Source: the human T2T-CHM13v2.0 reference genome, Homo sapiens. Taken from it: DNA of 64,000 nucleotides. The first letter of the stretch is position 1. Each line of letters begins with the position of its first letter. The translations under genes were made by a program, and so were the position numbers. Location: NCBI RefSeq assembly GCF_009914755.1, contig NC_060940.1, one strand, 5' to 3'. The notes under the pieces are model-generated. The model saw only the letters and a list, made by a program, of their open reading frames with translations. It ran no database searches and had not been told where the DNA came from. This document shows positions 27,989-41,600 of the stretch, piece after piece.

Positions 27989-30900
27989 CTATTCAATGCT
28001 GTTTCCATTTGATTCCATTCGACCATGATTGCCTTTGATTCCATTCAATGACTCCATTCGGTTCCTTTTGATGATGATTCCGTTCGATTCCATTTCATTA
28101 TTCCATTTGATTCCATTGGATGAGTCCATTCGATTACATTCGATGATTATTCCATTCGAGTGCATTAGATGATTCCATTCGAGTCCATTCGATGATTCCA
28201 TTCGATTCCATTCGATGTTGATTCTGTTCAAATCCATTCGATGATTCCACTCGATTCCATTCGATGACTCCAGTTGATCCCATTCGATGATTTCCTTTGA
28301 TTCCCTTTGATGATCATTCCATTTGATTCAATTCGGTGATTTCATTTGATTCCATTCAGTGATGTTTCCATTCGACTCCATTCGATGATGATTCCATTCG
28401 ACTCCATTCGATTATGATTTCATTCAATTCCATTCGATAATGATTCCCTTCGAGTCCATTCGATGATTCCATTCGATTCCATTCAACGATGATTTGATTC
28501 GTGTCCATTCGATGATTCCATTTGATTCCACTTGATGATGATTCCATTCGAGTCCATTTGATGATTCCATTCAATTCCATTCTCCGATGATTTCTTTTGA
28601 GCCCATTCAATGCTTCCACTCGATTCCATATGATGATGACTCCATTCGATGAAATTCGATGATGATTCCCTTTGATTCCATTCAAAGATGATTCCATTCT
28701 AGCCCATTCAATCATTCCATTCGATTCTATTCAATGATGATTCCATTCATGTCGATTTGGTGATTCCATTTGACTTCATTTGATGATGATTCCTTTCAAG
28801 TTCATTAGATGATTCCATTCGATTCCATTTGATGATGATCCCATTGGAGTCCATTCAGTGATTCCACTCGTTTCCATTCCATGATGATTCCATTCCATTC
28901 CATTCAATGATTCCATTCGATTCCGTTTGATGATGATTTCATTCGAGTCCATTTGATGATTCCATTGGATTCCATTCGATGATGATTCCATTCGAGTCCA
29001 TTCGATGATTCTATTCGAATCCATTTGATGATTTCTTTTGATTATAGTTGGTGATGATTCCATTGGAGTCCATTCAATGATTCCATTCGATTCCAATCGA
29101 TGGTGATTCCATTAGAGTCCATTTAACGATTCCATTTGATTCCAGTCTCTGATGATTACATTCGAGTCCATACGATGATTCCACTCAATTCCATATGATG
29201 ATGATTCCATTCTATTCCATTCGATGATTCCATTCTATTCTATTCAATGGTGATTCCATTCGAGTACATTAGATGATTCCATTCGATTCCATTCAATGAT
29301 GATTCTATTTGTGTCCCTTAGATGGTTCCACATGATTCCATTTCATGATGATACTATTTGAGCCCATCCAATGACTCCCTTCGATTCCATTCGATGAGGA
29401 TTCCATTCGATTCAATTCATTGGTGATTCTATTCAATTCAATTCTTTGATTCCATTCCATTCCATTCGACAATGATTCCATTCGATTTCTTTCGATGATT
29501 CCACTCGATTCCACTTGACATTGATTCCATTCGATTCCATTCAATGATTCCGTTTGATTCCAGTGGATGATGATTGCCGTCGATTCCATTCGATCACTCC
29601 ATTCTATTCCATTTGATGATGATTACATTCGATTCCATTTGATGATTCCATCTGATTCTATTCGAGGATTCCATTTGATTCCATTCGATGATGATTCCAT
29701 TCGAGTGCATTCGATGATTTCATTCGAGTACATCCAATGATTCCATTCGAGTCCATTTGATGATTCCATTTGATTCAATTTGATTATGATTCTACTAGAG
29801 TCCATTCAATGACTCCATTCGAATCCATTCAACAATTCCATTCGAGGCCATTCGATGATTCCATTTCATGATTCCATTCGAGTCCATTTAATCATTACAG
29901 TCGAGTCCATTTGGTGATTCCACTGGATTTCTTTTGATAATGATACCATTCAATTACATTTGATGATGATCCCATTCAATTTCATTTGATGGTGATTCCA
30001 TTAGAGTCCATTCGATGATTTCATTCGAGTCCCTTCATTGATTCCATCCGATTTCATTGGATGATGACTCCATTCGAGTCCATTCGATGATTCCACTCGA
30101 TTCCATTAGATGACTCCATTGGAGTCCATTTGATTGTTCCATTCGATTCCATTCGATTCCTTTCGAAGATTATTCCATTTGAGTCCATTCGATGATGATT
30201 CCATTCCATTCCATTCGATGATTCCGTTTGATTCCATTCGATGATTCCCTTCGATTCCTTTCTTTGATGATTCCATTCCATTCCATTCAATGATTCCATT
30301 CGAATCTATTCCATGATGATTCCTTTCGATTCCATTCGCTGATGTTTCCGTTCAATTCCATTCGATGATGATTCCATTCGATTCCATTCATTGAGGATTC
30401 CATTTGATTCCATTCAATGATGATTCCGTTCTATTCCATTCAATGATTGCATTCAATTCCATTCAATGATTATCCCCTTAGAGTAAACTCAACGATTCCA
30501 TTCAATACCATTCGATGATGATTCCTTTTGAGTCCATTCAATGATTTCATTCAAGTCCATTTGATGATTCCTTTCAATTCCATTCTATGATGATTCCATT
30601 CGAGTCCATTCGATGATTCCATTCGATTGCATTCGATGATTCCATTATATTCCATTCAACGATGATTCCATTCGAGTCCATTCGATGATTCCATTAGAGT
30701 ACATTTAATGATTGCTTTGTTTTCAATTCGAAGATGATTACATTGGATTCCATTCTATGATACCATTCGATTCCATTCAATGATGATTCCACTCAAATCC
30801 ATTGGATGATTCCATTCGTGTCCATTCGGTGATTTCATTAGATTCCATTCGAGGATGATTCCATTCGATTCCATTCGATGATTCCATTCAATTCCATTCG

Positions 30901-33539
30901 ATGATGATTCCATTCCAGTCCATATGATCATTCCATTTGATTTCATTCGATGATGATTCCATTCGATTCCATTCGATGATTCCATTCTATTCCATTCGAT
31001 GATGATTCCATTCGAGTCCATTCGATGATTCCATTCGAGTCCATTTAATGATTCCATTGGGTTCAATTCAATGATGATTACATTGGATTCCGTTCTATGA
31101 TTCCATTCAATTCCGTTCATTGACTATTTGATTCCATTCGATGATGATTCCATTTGAGTTCATTCGATGATTCTATTCGATTCTCTTCGATGGTGATTCA
31201 ATTCTATTATATTGGATGATTCCATTCGATTCCATTTGATGTTGATTCAATTCGATTCTATTCGATGATGATTCCATTGGATTTCACTTGATGATTCTAT
31301 TCGATTCCATTCAATGATGATTCACTTCTCGTCCATTGGATGATTCCATTTCATTCCATTCGATGATGATTCCATTCGATTCCATTCGATGATTCCATTT
31401 GATTCCATGCGACGGTGAGCAATTCGATTCAATTCCATGATGATTCTATTTGATTCAATTAGATGATGTTTCCATTCGAATCCATTCCATGATTATTCCA
31501 TTGGAATCCATTTGGCGATGATTCCATATGAGTCAATTCAATGATGATTCCATATGGGTCCGTTCGATGATAATTCCATTTGATTTCATTCGATGCTTCT
31601 ATTCTATTCCAGTCGATGATGATTCCGTTGGAGTCCATACGATGATTCCATTTGATTTCATTTGATGATGATTCCATTCGATGATGATTACATTGGATTC
31701 CATTCTATGATTCCATTCAATTCCATTCGTTGATGATTCGATTCCATTCAATGATGATTCCATTTGAGTTCATTCGATGATTCTATTCGATTCCGTTCGA
31801 TGGTGATTCAATTCTCTTATATTGGATGATTCCACTCGATTCCATTTGATGATTATTCCATTGGAGTCCACTTAGTGAATCCTTTAGATTCTACTCGAAG
31901 ATGATTCCATTCGAGTCCATTCGATGATACCATTCAATTCCATTCGTTGATGCTTCCATTCAAGTGCATTCGATGATATCATTCGATTCCATTTGATGAT
32001 AATTCCATTTGATTCCATGCGATGATTCTATTCGATTTCATTCAATGATAATTCCATTCAATTCAGTGATTCCTCTGAACTCCATTTGATGATGATTCCT
32101 TTCAATGATTCCATTCGATTCTGTTCCAAAATGATTCCATTTGAATCCATTTGATGATGATTCCATTAGATTCCATTTGATGATTCCATTCGATTCCATT
32201 TGACGATGATTCCATTCGATTCCATTTGATGATTCCATTCTATTCTATTCGATGATGATTCCATTCGATTCCATTTGATGATGATTGGATTCGATTCCAT
32301 TTGATGATTTCATTTGATTCCATTCGTTAATGATTTCGATCAACTCCATTCGATGATTCCATTGGATTCCATTCGATAATGATTACATCCGAGTCCATTC
32401 GATGATTCCATTTGAGCCCGTTCGATAATTCCATTTGAGTCCAATCAATGATTCCATTCATTTCCATTCAATGATTCCATTCGAGTCCATTTGATCATTC
32501 TGGTAGGGTCCGTTCGATGTTGATTCCATTAGAGTGCATTCGATGATTCCATTCGAGTCCATTTTATGATTTGATTCGAGTCCTTTCGATGATTCCATTC
32601 GATTCCACTCGATGATGATTTCATTCGAGTCCATTCGACACTTCCAATCGATTCCATTTGATGTTTCCATTCGAGTCCAATTGATGATTCCATTCAATTC
32701 CATTCGATGATGATTCCGTACGATTCCATTCTGTGATGATTCCATGTGATTGCATTCAATGATGATTCCTTTCGATTGCATTCGATTATGATTCATTTCG
32801 TGTTCATTCTATGGTTCCACAGGTTTCCATTCGATGACGTTTCCGTTCGTGTCCATTCCATTATTCCATTCTATTTCATTTGATGATGATTCCATTCGAT
32901 TCCATTCATTGGTGATTCCACTCAATTCCATTCAATGATTCCATTCCATTTCTTTCAACAATGATTCCATTAGTTTCTATTCGATGATCCACTTGATTCC
33001 ATTTGGCGATGATTCCATTCGTGTCCATTCGATGATTCCATTTGATTCCATATGATGATGATCCCATTCGATTCCATACCATGATGATTCCATTCGAGTC
33101 CATTCAATGGTGATTCCATTCAATTCCATTCGATGATTCCTTCCGATTCCATTCGATGATGATGGCATTCGATTCCTTTCAATCATTCCCTTTGATTCCA
33201 TTCAAAGATGATTTCATTCAAGTCCGTTCGATAATTTCATTTGATTCCATTCTATGATGATTCCATTCGAGTCCATTTGATGATTCCATTCAATTCAAGT
33301 CAATGATGATTCCATTCAATTCCACTCGATGATTCCATTGGATTCCATTCGATGATGATTCCATTCAAATCCATTCGATAATTCAATTCAAGTCCATTCG
33401 ATGATGATTCCAATCGAATCCATTCAAAGATTCCATTCAATTCCATTCGATGATGATTCCCTTAGATTCCATTCGATGATTCCACTTGATTCCATTTACG
33501 ATGATTCCATTCGATTCCATGTGATGAATCCATTCAATT
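27989..33539 (+). repeat. 6.1-kb unit copy with a 570-bp internal deletion (5,551 bp)
   Basis: The offset to the 38682 copy changes from 10,693 to 11,263 at ~28660, where GATGAAATTCGATGATGATTCC is joined directly to CTTTGATTCCATTCAAAGATG. It changes to 11,273 after a 10-bp loss at ~29860. Confidence 0.8.
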
Positions 33540-36500
33540 CTATTCAATGATGTTTCCATTTGATTCCATTGGACCATGATTGCCTTTGATTCCATTCAAT
33601 GATTCCATTCGGTTCCATTTGATGATGATTCCGTTCGATTCCATTTCATTATTCCATTTGATTCCATTGGATGAGTCCATTCGATTACATTCGATGATTA
33701 TTCCATTCGAGTGCATTAGATGATTGCATTCGAGTCCATTCGATGATTCCATTCGATTCCATTCGATGTTGATTCTGTTCAAATCCATTCGATGATTCCA
33801 CTCGATTCCATTCGATGACTCCATTTGATCCCATTCGATGATTTCCTGTGATTCCCTTTGATGATCATTCTATTTGATTCAATTCGGTGATTTCATTTCA
33901 TTCCATTCAGTGATGTTTCCATTCGACTGTATTCGATGATGATTCCATTCGACTCCATTCGATTATGATTTCATTCAATTCCATTCAATAATGATTCCCT
34001 TCGAGTCCATTCGATGATTCCATTCGATTCCATTCAACGATGATTTGATTCGTTTCCATTCGATGATTCCATTTGATTCCACTTGATGATGATTCCATTC
34101 GAGTCCATTTGATGATTCCATTCGAGTCTATTTATGTATTATATTCGTGTCCACTTCATGATTCCATTCAATTCCATTTAATGTTGATTCCATTTGATTC
34201 CATTTGATGATTCAGTTCGATTCCTTGCAATGATTCCCTACGATTCCTTTCTATGATGATTCCATTCGATTCCATTCATTGATGATTTCATTCGACTCCA
34301 TTCGATGATGATTCCTTACGTTTCCATTTGACGATGTTTCCCTTCGAGTCCATTCGATGATGATTCTATTCAATTCTGTTCTATTATGATTCCATTCGAT
34401 TTCATTCAATGCTTCTATTTGATTCCATTCGATGATGATTCCATCTCTTTCCCTTCGATGATTCCTTTTGATTCCATTCAGTGATGATTCCATTTGATTC
34501 CATCTGATGATGATTTCACTTGATTCCTTTCAATGATGATTCAATTCAAGTCCATTCGATGATTCCATTGGAGTCCAAACGATCATTCCGTTCGATTCCA
34601 TTCAATGGTGATTCCATTCATGTCCATTCGATGAATCCATTCAATTCCATTCGATGATGACTCCATTCGAGTACATTCGATGATTCCATTTGATTCCATT
34701 TGAAGATGATTCCATTCAATTCCATTCGAAGATGATTCCATTCAATTCCATTCGATGATGATTCCGTATGAATCCATTCTCTGATTATTCCATTCGATTC
34801 CATTCATTGACGATTCCATTCAATTCCATTCAATGATGATTCTCTTCTATTCCATTCGATGATTCCGGTCGATTCCATTCGATGATGATTCCATTAGATT
34901 CCATTCGATTGTTGCATTCGATTCCCTTCGATGATGATTCCTTTGAATTCCATTCGATTATCATTCCGTATGAATCCATTTGATGATTATTCCATTGGAT
35001 TCCTTTCGATGATGATTCCATTCGATTCCATTTGATGATGTTTCTCTTGTATTCCATTGGATAATTCCTTTCAGTTCCCTTCGATGATTATTCTTTCGAG
35101 TCAATTCGATGATTCTATTCCATTCCCTTCGATGATGATTCCATTTCACTCCATTTGATGATTCCATTCGACTCAATTTGGTGATGATTCAATTCGATGA
35201 CATTCGATGACTCCATTCAATTTCATTTGATGATGATTACATTCGAGTCCATTTGATGATTGTATTCCTTTCCTTTTGATGATTATTCCATTCGTGTCTA
35301 TTCAAAGATTCCATTCTATTCCATTCAATGATGATTGCATTTGATTCCATTCAATGATTATGGCTATCGATTCCACTCGTTGATTCCATTTGATTCCGTT
35401 CGATGATTATTCCGTTAGATTCCATTAGAAGATTCCATTCGATTTTATTCAATGATTCCAATGGATTCCATTCAATGATGATTCCATTCGACTCCATTCA
35501 GTGATTCCATTCGAGTCCATTTGATGATTCCATTCTTTTCCATTTGATGATGATTCCATTAGGGTCCATTCAATGATTCCATTCGAGTCCATTCGTTAAT
35601 GCCTTTCGAGTCCTTTTGATCACTACATTCGAGTCCATTCAATGATTCTATTCGATTCCATTCCATGATGATTCCATTCGAGTTCATTCGATGATTGCAT
35701 TCGAGTCCATTTGATGATTCCATAAGATTCCATTCGACAATGATTCCATTCGTGTCCATTTGATGATTCCATTCATTTCCTATCGATGAAGATTCCATTC
35801 GAGTGTATTCGATGATTCCATTCAAATCCATTCGATGATGATTCCATTCCAGTCCATTCGATCATTCCACTTGATTCCATTTGATGACTATTCCATTCAA
35901 ATCCATTTGATGATTCCATTCGATTCCATTCGATGTTACCATTCCAGTATATACGATGATTCCACTCGATTCCATTTGATGATTATTCCATTGGAGTCGA
36001 CTTAGTGAATCCTTTAGATTCTACTCGAAGATGATTCCATTCGAGTCCATTCGATGATACCATTCAATTCCATTCGTTGATGCTTCCATTCAAGTGCATT
36101 CGATGATATCATTCGATTCCATTTGATGATAATTCCATTTGATTCCATGCGATGATTCTATTCGATTCCATTCAATGATAATTCCATTCAATTCAGTGAT
36201 TCCTCTGGACTCCATTTGATGATGATTCCATTCAATGATTCCATTCGATTCTATTCCAAAATGATTCCATTTGAATCCATTTGATGATGATTCCATTAGA
36301 TTCCATTTGATGATTCCATTCGATTCCATTTGACGATGATTCCATTCGATTCCATTTGATGATTCCATTCTATTCTATTCGATGATGATTCCATTCGATT
36401 CCATTCGATGATGATTGGATTCGATTCCATTTGATGATTTCATTTGATTCCATTCGTTAATGATTTCGATCAATTCCATTCGATGATTCCATTCGATTCC

Positions 36501-38681
36501 ATTCGATAATGATTACATCCGAGTCCATTCAGTGATTCCATTCGAGTCCATTTGATGATTCCATTCTTTTCCATTTGATGATGATTCCATTAGGGTCCAT
36601 TCAATGATTCCATTCGAGTCCATTCGTTAATGCCTTTCGAGTCCTTTTGATCACTACATTCGAGTCCATTCAATGATTCTATTCGATTCCATTCCATGAT
36701 GATTCCATTCGAGTTCATTCGATGATTGCATTCGAGTCCATTTGATGATTCCATATGATTCCCTTCGACAATGATTCCATTCGTGTCCATTTGATGATTC
36801 CATTCATTTCCTATCGATGAAGATTCCATTCAAGTGTATTCGATGATTCCATTCAAATCCATTCGATGATGATTCCATTCCAGTCCATTCGATCATTCCA
36901 CTTGATTCCATTTGATGACTATTCCATTCAAATCCATTTGATGATTCCATTCTATTCCATTCGATGTTACCATTCGAGTATATACGATGATTCCACTCGA
37001 TTCCATTTGATGATTATTCCATTGGAGTCCACTTAGTGAATCCTTTAGATTCTACTCGAAGATGATTCCATTCGAGTCCATTCGATGATACCATTCAATT
37101 CCATTCGTTGATGCTTCCATTCAAGTGCATTCGATGATATCATTCGATTCCATTTGATGATAATTCCATTTGATTCCATGCGATGATTCTATTCGATTCC
37201 ATTCAATGATAATTCCATTCAATTCAGTGATTCCTCTGGACTCCATTTGATGATGATTCCATTCAATGATTCCATTCGATTCTATTCCAAAATGATTCCA
37301 TTTGAATCCATTTGATGATGATTCCATTAGATTCCATTTGATGATTCCATTCGATTCCATTTGACGATGATTCCATTCGATTCCATTTGATGATTCCATT
37401 CTATTCTATTCGATGATGATTCCATTCGATTCCATTCGATGATGATTGGATTCGATTCCATTTGATGATTTCATTTGATTCCATTCGTTAATGATTTCGA
37501 TCAATTCCATTCGATGATTCCATTCGATTCCATTCGATAATGATTACATCCGAGTCCATTCGGTGATTCCATTTGAGCCTGTTCGATAATTCCATTTGAG
37601 TCCAACCAATGATTCCATTCATTTCCATTCAATGATTCCATTCGAGTCCATTTGATCATTCCGGTATTGTCCATTCGATGTTGATTCCATTGGAGTGCAT
37701 TCGATGATTCCATTCGAGTCCATTTTATGATTTGATTCGAGTCCTTTCGATGATTCCATTCGATTCCACTCGATGATGATTTCATTAGAGTCCATTCGAC
37801 ACTTCCAATCGATTCCATTTGATGTTTCCATTCGAGTCCAATTGATGATTCCATTCAATTCCATTCGATGATGATTCCGTACGATTCCATTCTGTGATGA
37901 TTCCATGTGATTGCATTCAATGATGATTCCTTTCGATTGCATTCGATTATGATTCATTTCGTGTTCATTCTATGGTTCCACAGGTTTCCATTCGTGTCCA
38001 TTCCATTATTCCATTCTATTCCATTTGATGATGATTCCATTCGATACCATTCATTGGTGATTCCACTCAATTCCATTCAATGATTCCATTCCATTTCTTT
38101 CAACAATGATTCCATTACTTTCTAATCGATGATCCACTTGATTCCATTTGACGACGATTCCATTCTTGTCCATTCGATGATTCCATTTGATTCCATACGA
38201 TGATGATTCCATTCGATTCCATACGATTATGATTCCATTCGAGTCCATTCAATGGTGATTCCATTCAATTCCATTCGATGATTCCTTTCGATTCCATTCG
38301 ATGATGATGGCATTCGATTCCTTTCAATCATTCCCTTTGATTCCATTCAAAGGTGATTTCATTCAAGTCCATTCGATAATTGCATTCGATTCCATTCTAT
38401 GATGATTCCATTCGAGTCCATTTGATGATTCCATTCAATTCAAGTCAATGATGATTCCATTCGATTCCATTCGATGATTCCATTGGATTCCATTCGATGA
38501 AGATTCCATTCAAATCCATTCGATAATTCAATTCAAGTCCATTCGATGATGATTGAAATCGAATCCATTCAAAGATTCCATTCAGTTCCATTCGATGATT
38601 CCCTTAGATTCCATTCGATGATTCCACTTGATTCCATTTACGATGATTCCATTCGATTCCATGTGATGATTCCATTCAATT
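33540..38681 (+). repeat. 4.1-kb unit (junction type 2) expanded by a 1,031-bp tandem duplication (5,142 bp)
   Basis: Landmarks match 22258-24808 at a constant 11,282-bp offset. 35559->36590 and 36090->37121 are both 1,031 bp. Confidence 0.8.
35495..37560 (+). repeat. 1,031-bp tandem duplication
   Basis: CCATTCAGTGATTCCATTCGAGTCC...TTCTTTTCC...TTAGGGTCC occurs at ~35495 and again at ~36525. The loop-back junction follows GATTACATCCGAGT at ~36520. Confidence 0.85.
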
Positions 38682-41600
38682 CTATTCAATGCTGTTTCCA
38701 TTTGATTCCATTCGACCATGATTGCCTTTGATTCCATTCAATGACTCCATTCGGTTCCTTTTGTTGATGATTCCGTTCGATTCCATTTCATTATTCCATT
38801 TGATTCCATTGGATGAGTCCATTCGATTACATTCGATGATTATTCCATTCGAGTGCATTAGATGATTCCATTCGAGTCCATTCGATGATTCCATTCGATT
38901 GCATTCGATGTTGATTCTGTTCAAATCCATTCGATGATTCCACTCGATTCCATTCGATGACTCCAGTTGATCCCATTCGATGATTTCCTTTGATTCCCTT
39001 TGATGATCATTCCATTTGATTCAATTCGGTGATTTCATTTGATTCCATTCAGTGATGTTTCCATTCGACTCCATTCGATGATGATTCCATTCGACTCCAT
39101 TCGATTATGATTTCATTCAATTCCATTCGATAATGATTCCCTTCGAGTCCATTCGATGATTCCATTCGATTCCATTCAACGATGATTTGATTCGTGTCCA
39201 TTCGATGATTCCATTTGATTCCACTTGATGATGATTCCATTCGAGTCCATTTGATGATTCCATTCAATTCCATTCTCCGATGATTTCTTTTGAGCCCATT
39301 CAATGCTTCCACTCGATTCCATATGATGATGACTCCATTCGATGAAATTCGATGATGATTCCATTCGCTTGCATTCGATGATGATTCCACTTGAGTCCAT
39401 TAGAAGATTCTATTCAATTACATTCCATGACGATTCCGTTCGAGTCCATTTGATGATTCCATTAGACTCCATTCGACGATGATTCCATTCGATGTTATTC
39501 GATGATTCCATTCGATCTCATTCGATGATGATTCCATTCAACTCCATTCGATGTTTCCATTCGAGTTCATTCTATTATTCCATTAGATTCCATTCGATGA
39601 TGATTCCATTCGATTCCATTTGATGATTGCATTCTATTTCATTTGATGATGATTCCATTCGAGTCCACTCGATGATTCCATTCGAGTCCATTTAATGAAT
39701 CCATTGGTTTCAATTCTATGATGATTACATTGGATTCCATTCGTTGATGATTTCATTCGGTTCCATTCAATGATGATTCCATTCAATTCCTTTCAATGTT
39801 TCCATTCAATTCCATACGATGATGATTCCATTTGATTTGATTCGACAGTGAGCCATTCGATTCAATTCCATGATGATTCTATTTGACTCCATTGGTTGAC
39901 ATTTCCATTCGATTCCATTCGATGATGATTCCCTTTGATTCCATTCAAAGATGATTCCATTCTAGCCCATTCAATCATTCCATTCGATTCTATTCAATGA
40001 TGATTCCATTCATGTCGATTTGGTGATTCCATTTGACTTCATTTGATGATGATTCCTTTCAAGTTCATTAGATGATTCCATTCGATTCCATTTGATGATG
40101 ATCCCATTCGAGTCCATTCAGTGATTCCATTCGTTTCCATTCCATGATGATTCCATTCCTTTCCATTCAATGATTCCATTCGATTCCGTTTGATGATGAT
40201 TTCATTCGAGTCCATTTGATGATTCCATTTGATTCCATTCAATGATGATTCCATTCGAGTCCATTCGATGATTCTATTCGAATCCATTTGATGATTTCTT
40301 TTGATTATAGTTGGTGATGATTCCATTGGAGTCCATTCAATGATTCCATTCGATTCCAATCGATGGTGATTCCATTAGAGTCCATTTAATGATTCCATTT
40401 GATTCCAGTCTCTGATGATTACATTCGAGTCCATACGATGATTCCACTCAATTCCATATGATGATGATTCCATTCGATTCCATTCGATGATTCCATTCTA
40501 TTCTATTCAATGGTGATTCCATTCGAGTACATTAGATGATTCCATTCGATTCCATTCAATGATGATTCTATTTGTGTCCCTTAGATGATTCCACATGATT
40601 CCATTAGATGATGATACTATTTCAGCCCATCCAATGATTCCCTTCGATTCCATTCGATGAGGATTCCATTCGATTCAATTCATTGGTGATTCTATTCAAT
40701 TCAATTCTTTGATTCCATTCCATTCCATTCGACAATGATTCCATTCGATTTCTTTCGATGATTCCACTCGATTCCACTTGACATTGATTTCCTTTGATTC
40801 CATTCAATGATTCCATTTGATTCCAGTGGATGATGATTGCCATCGATTCCATTCGATCACTCCATTCTATTCCATTTGATGATGATTACATTCGATTCCA
40901 TTTGACGATTCCATCTGATTCTATTCGAGGATTCCATTTGATTCCATTCGATGATGATTCCATTCGAGTCCATTCAATGATTTCATTCGAGTACATCCAA
41001 TGATTCCATTCGAGTCCATTTGATGATTCCATTTGATTCCATTTCATAATGATTCTACTAGAGTCCATTCAATGACTCCATTGGAGTCCATTCAACACTT
41101 CCATTCGACTCCATTTGATGATTCCATTCGATTCCATTTGATGATTCCATTCGAGTCCATTTAATCATTACAGTCGAGTCCATTTGGTGATTCCACTGGA
41201 TTTCTTTAGATAATGATACCATTCAATTACATTTGATGATGATCCCATTCAATTTCATTTGATGATGATTCCATTAGAGTCCATTCGATGATTTCATTCG
41301 AGTCCCTTCATTGATTCCATCCGATTTCATTGGATGATGACTCCATTCGAGTCCATTCGATGATTCCACTCGATTCCATTAGATGATTCCATTGGAGTCC
41401 ATTTGATTGTTCCATTCGATTCCATTCGATTCCTTTCGAAGATTATTCCATTTGAGTCCATTCGATGATGATTCCATTCCATTCCATTCGATGATTCCGT
41501 TTGATTCCATTCGATGAATCCCTTCGATTCCTTTCTTTGATGATTCCATTCCATTCCATTCAATGATTCCATTCGAATCTATTCCATGATGATTCCTTTC

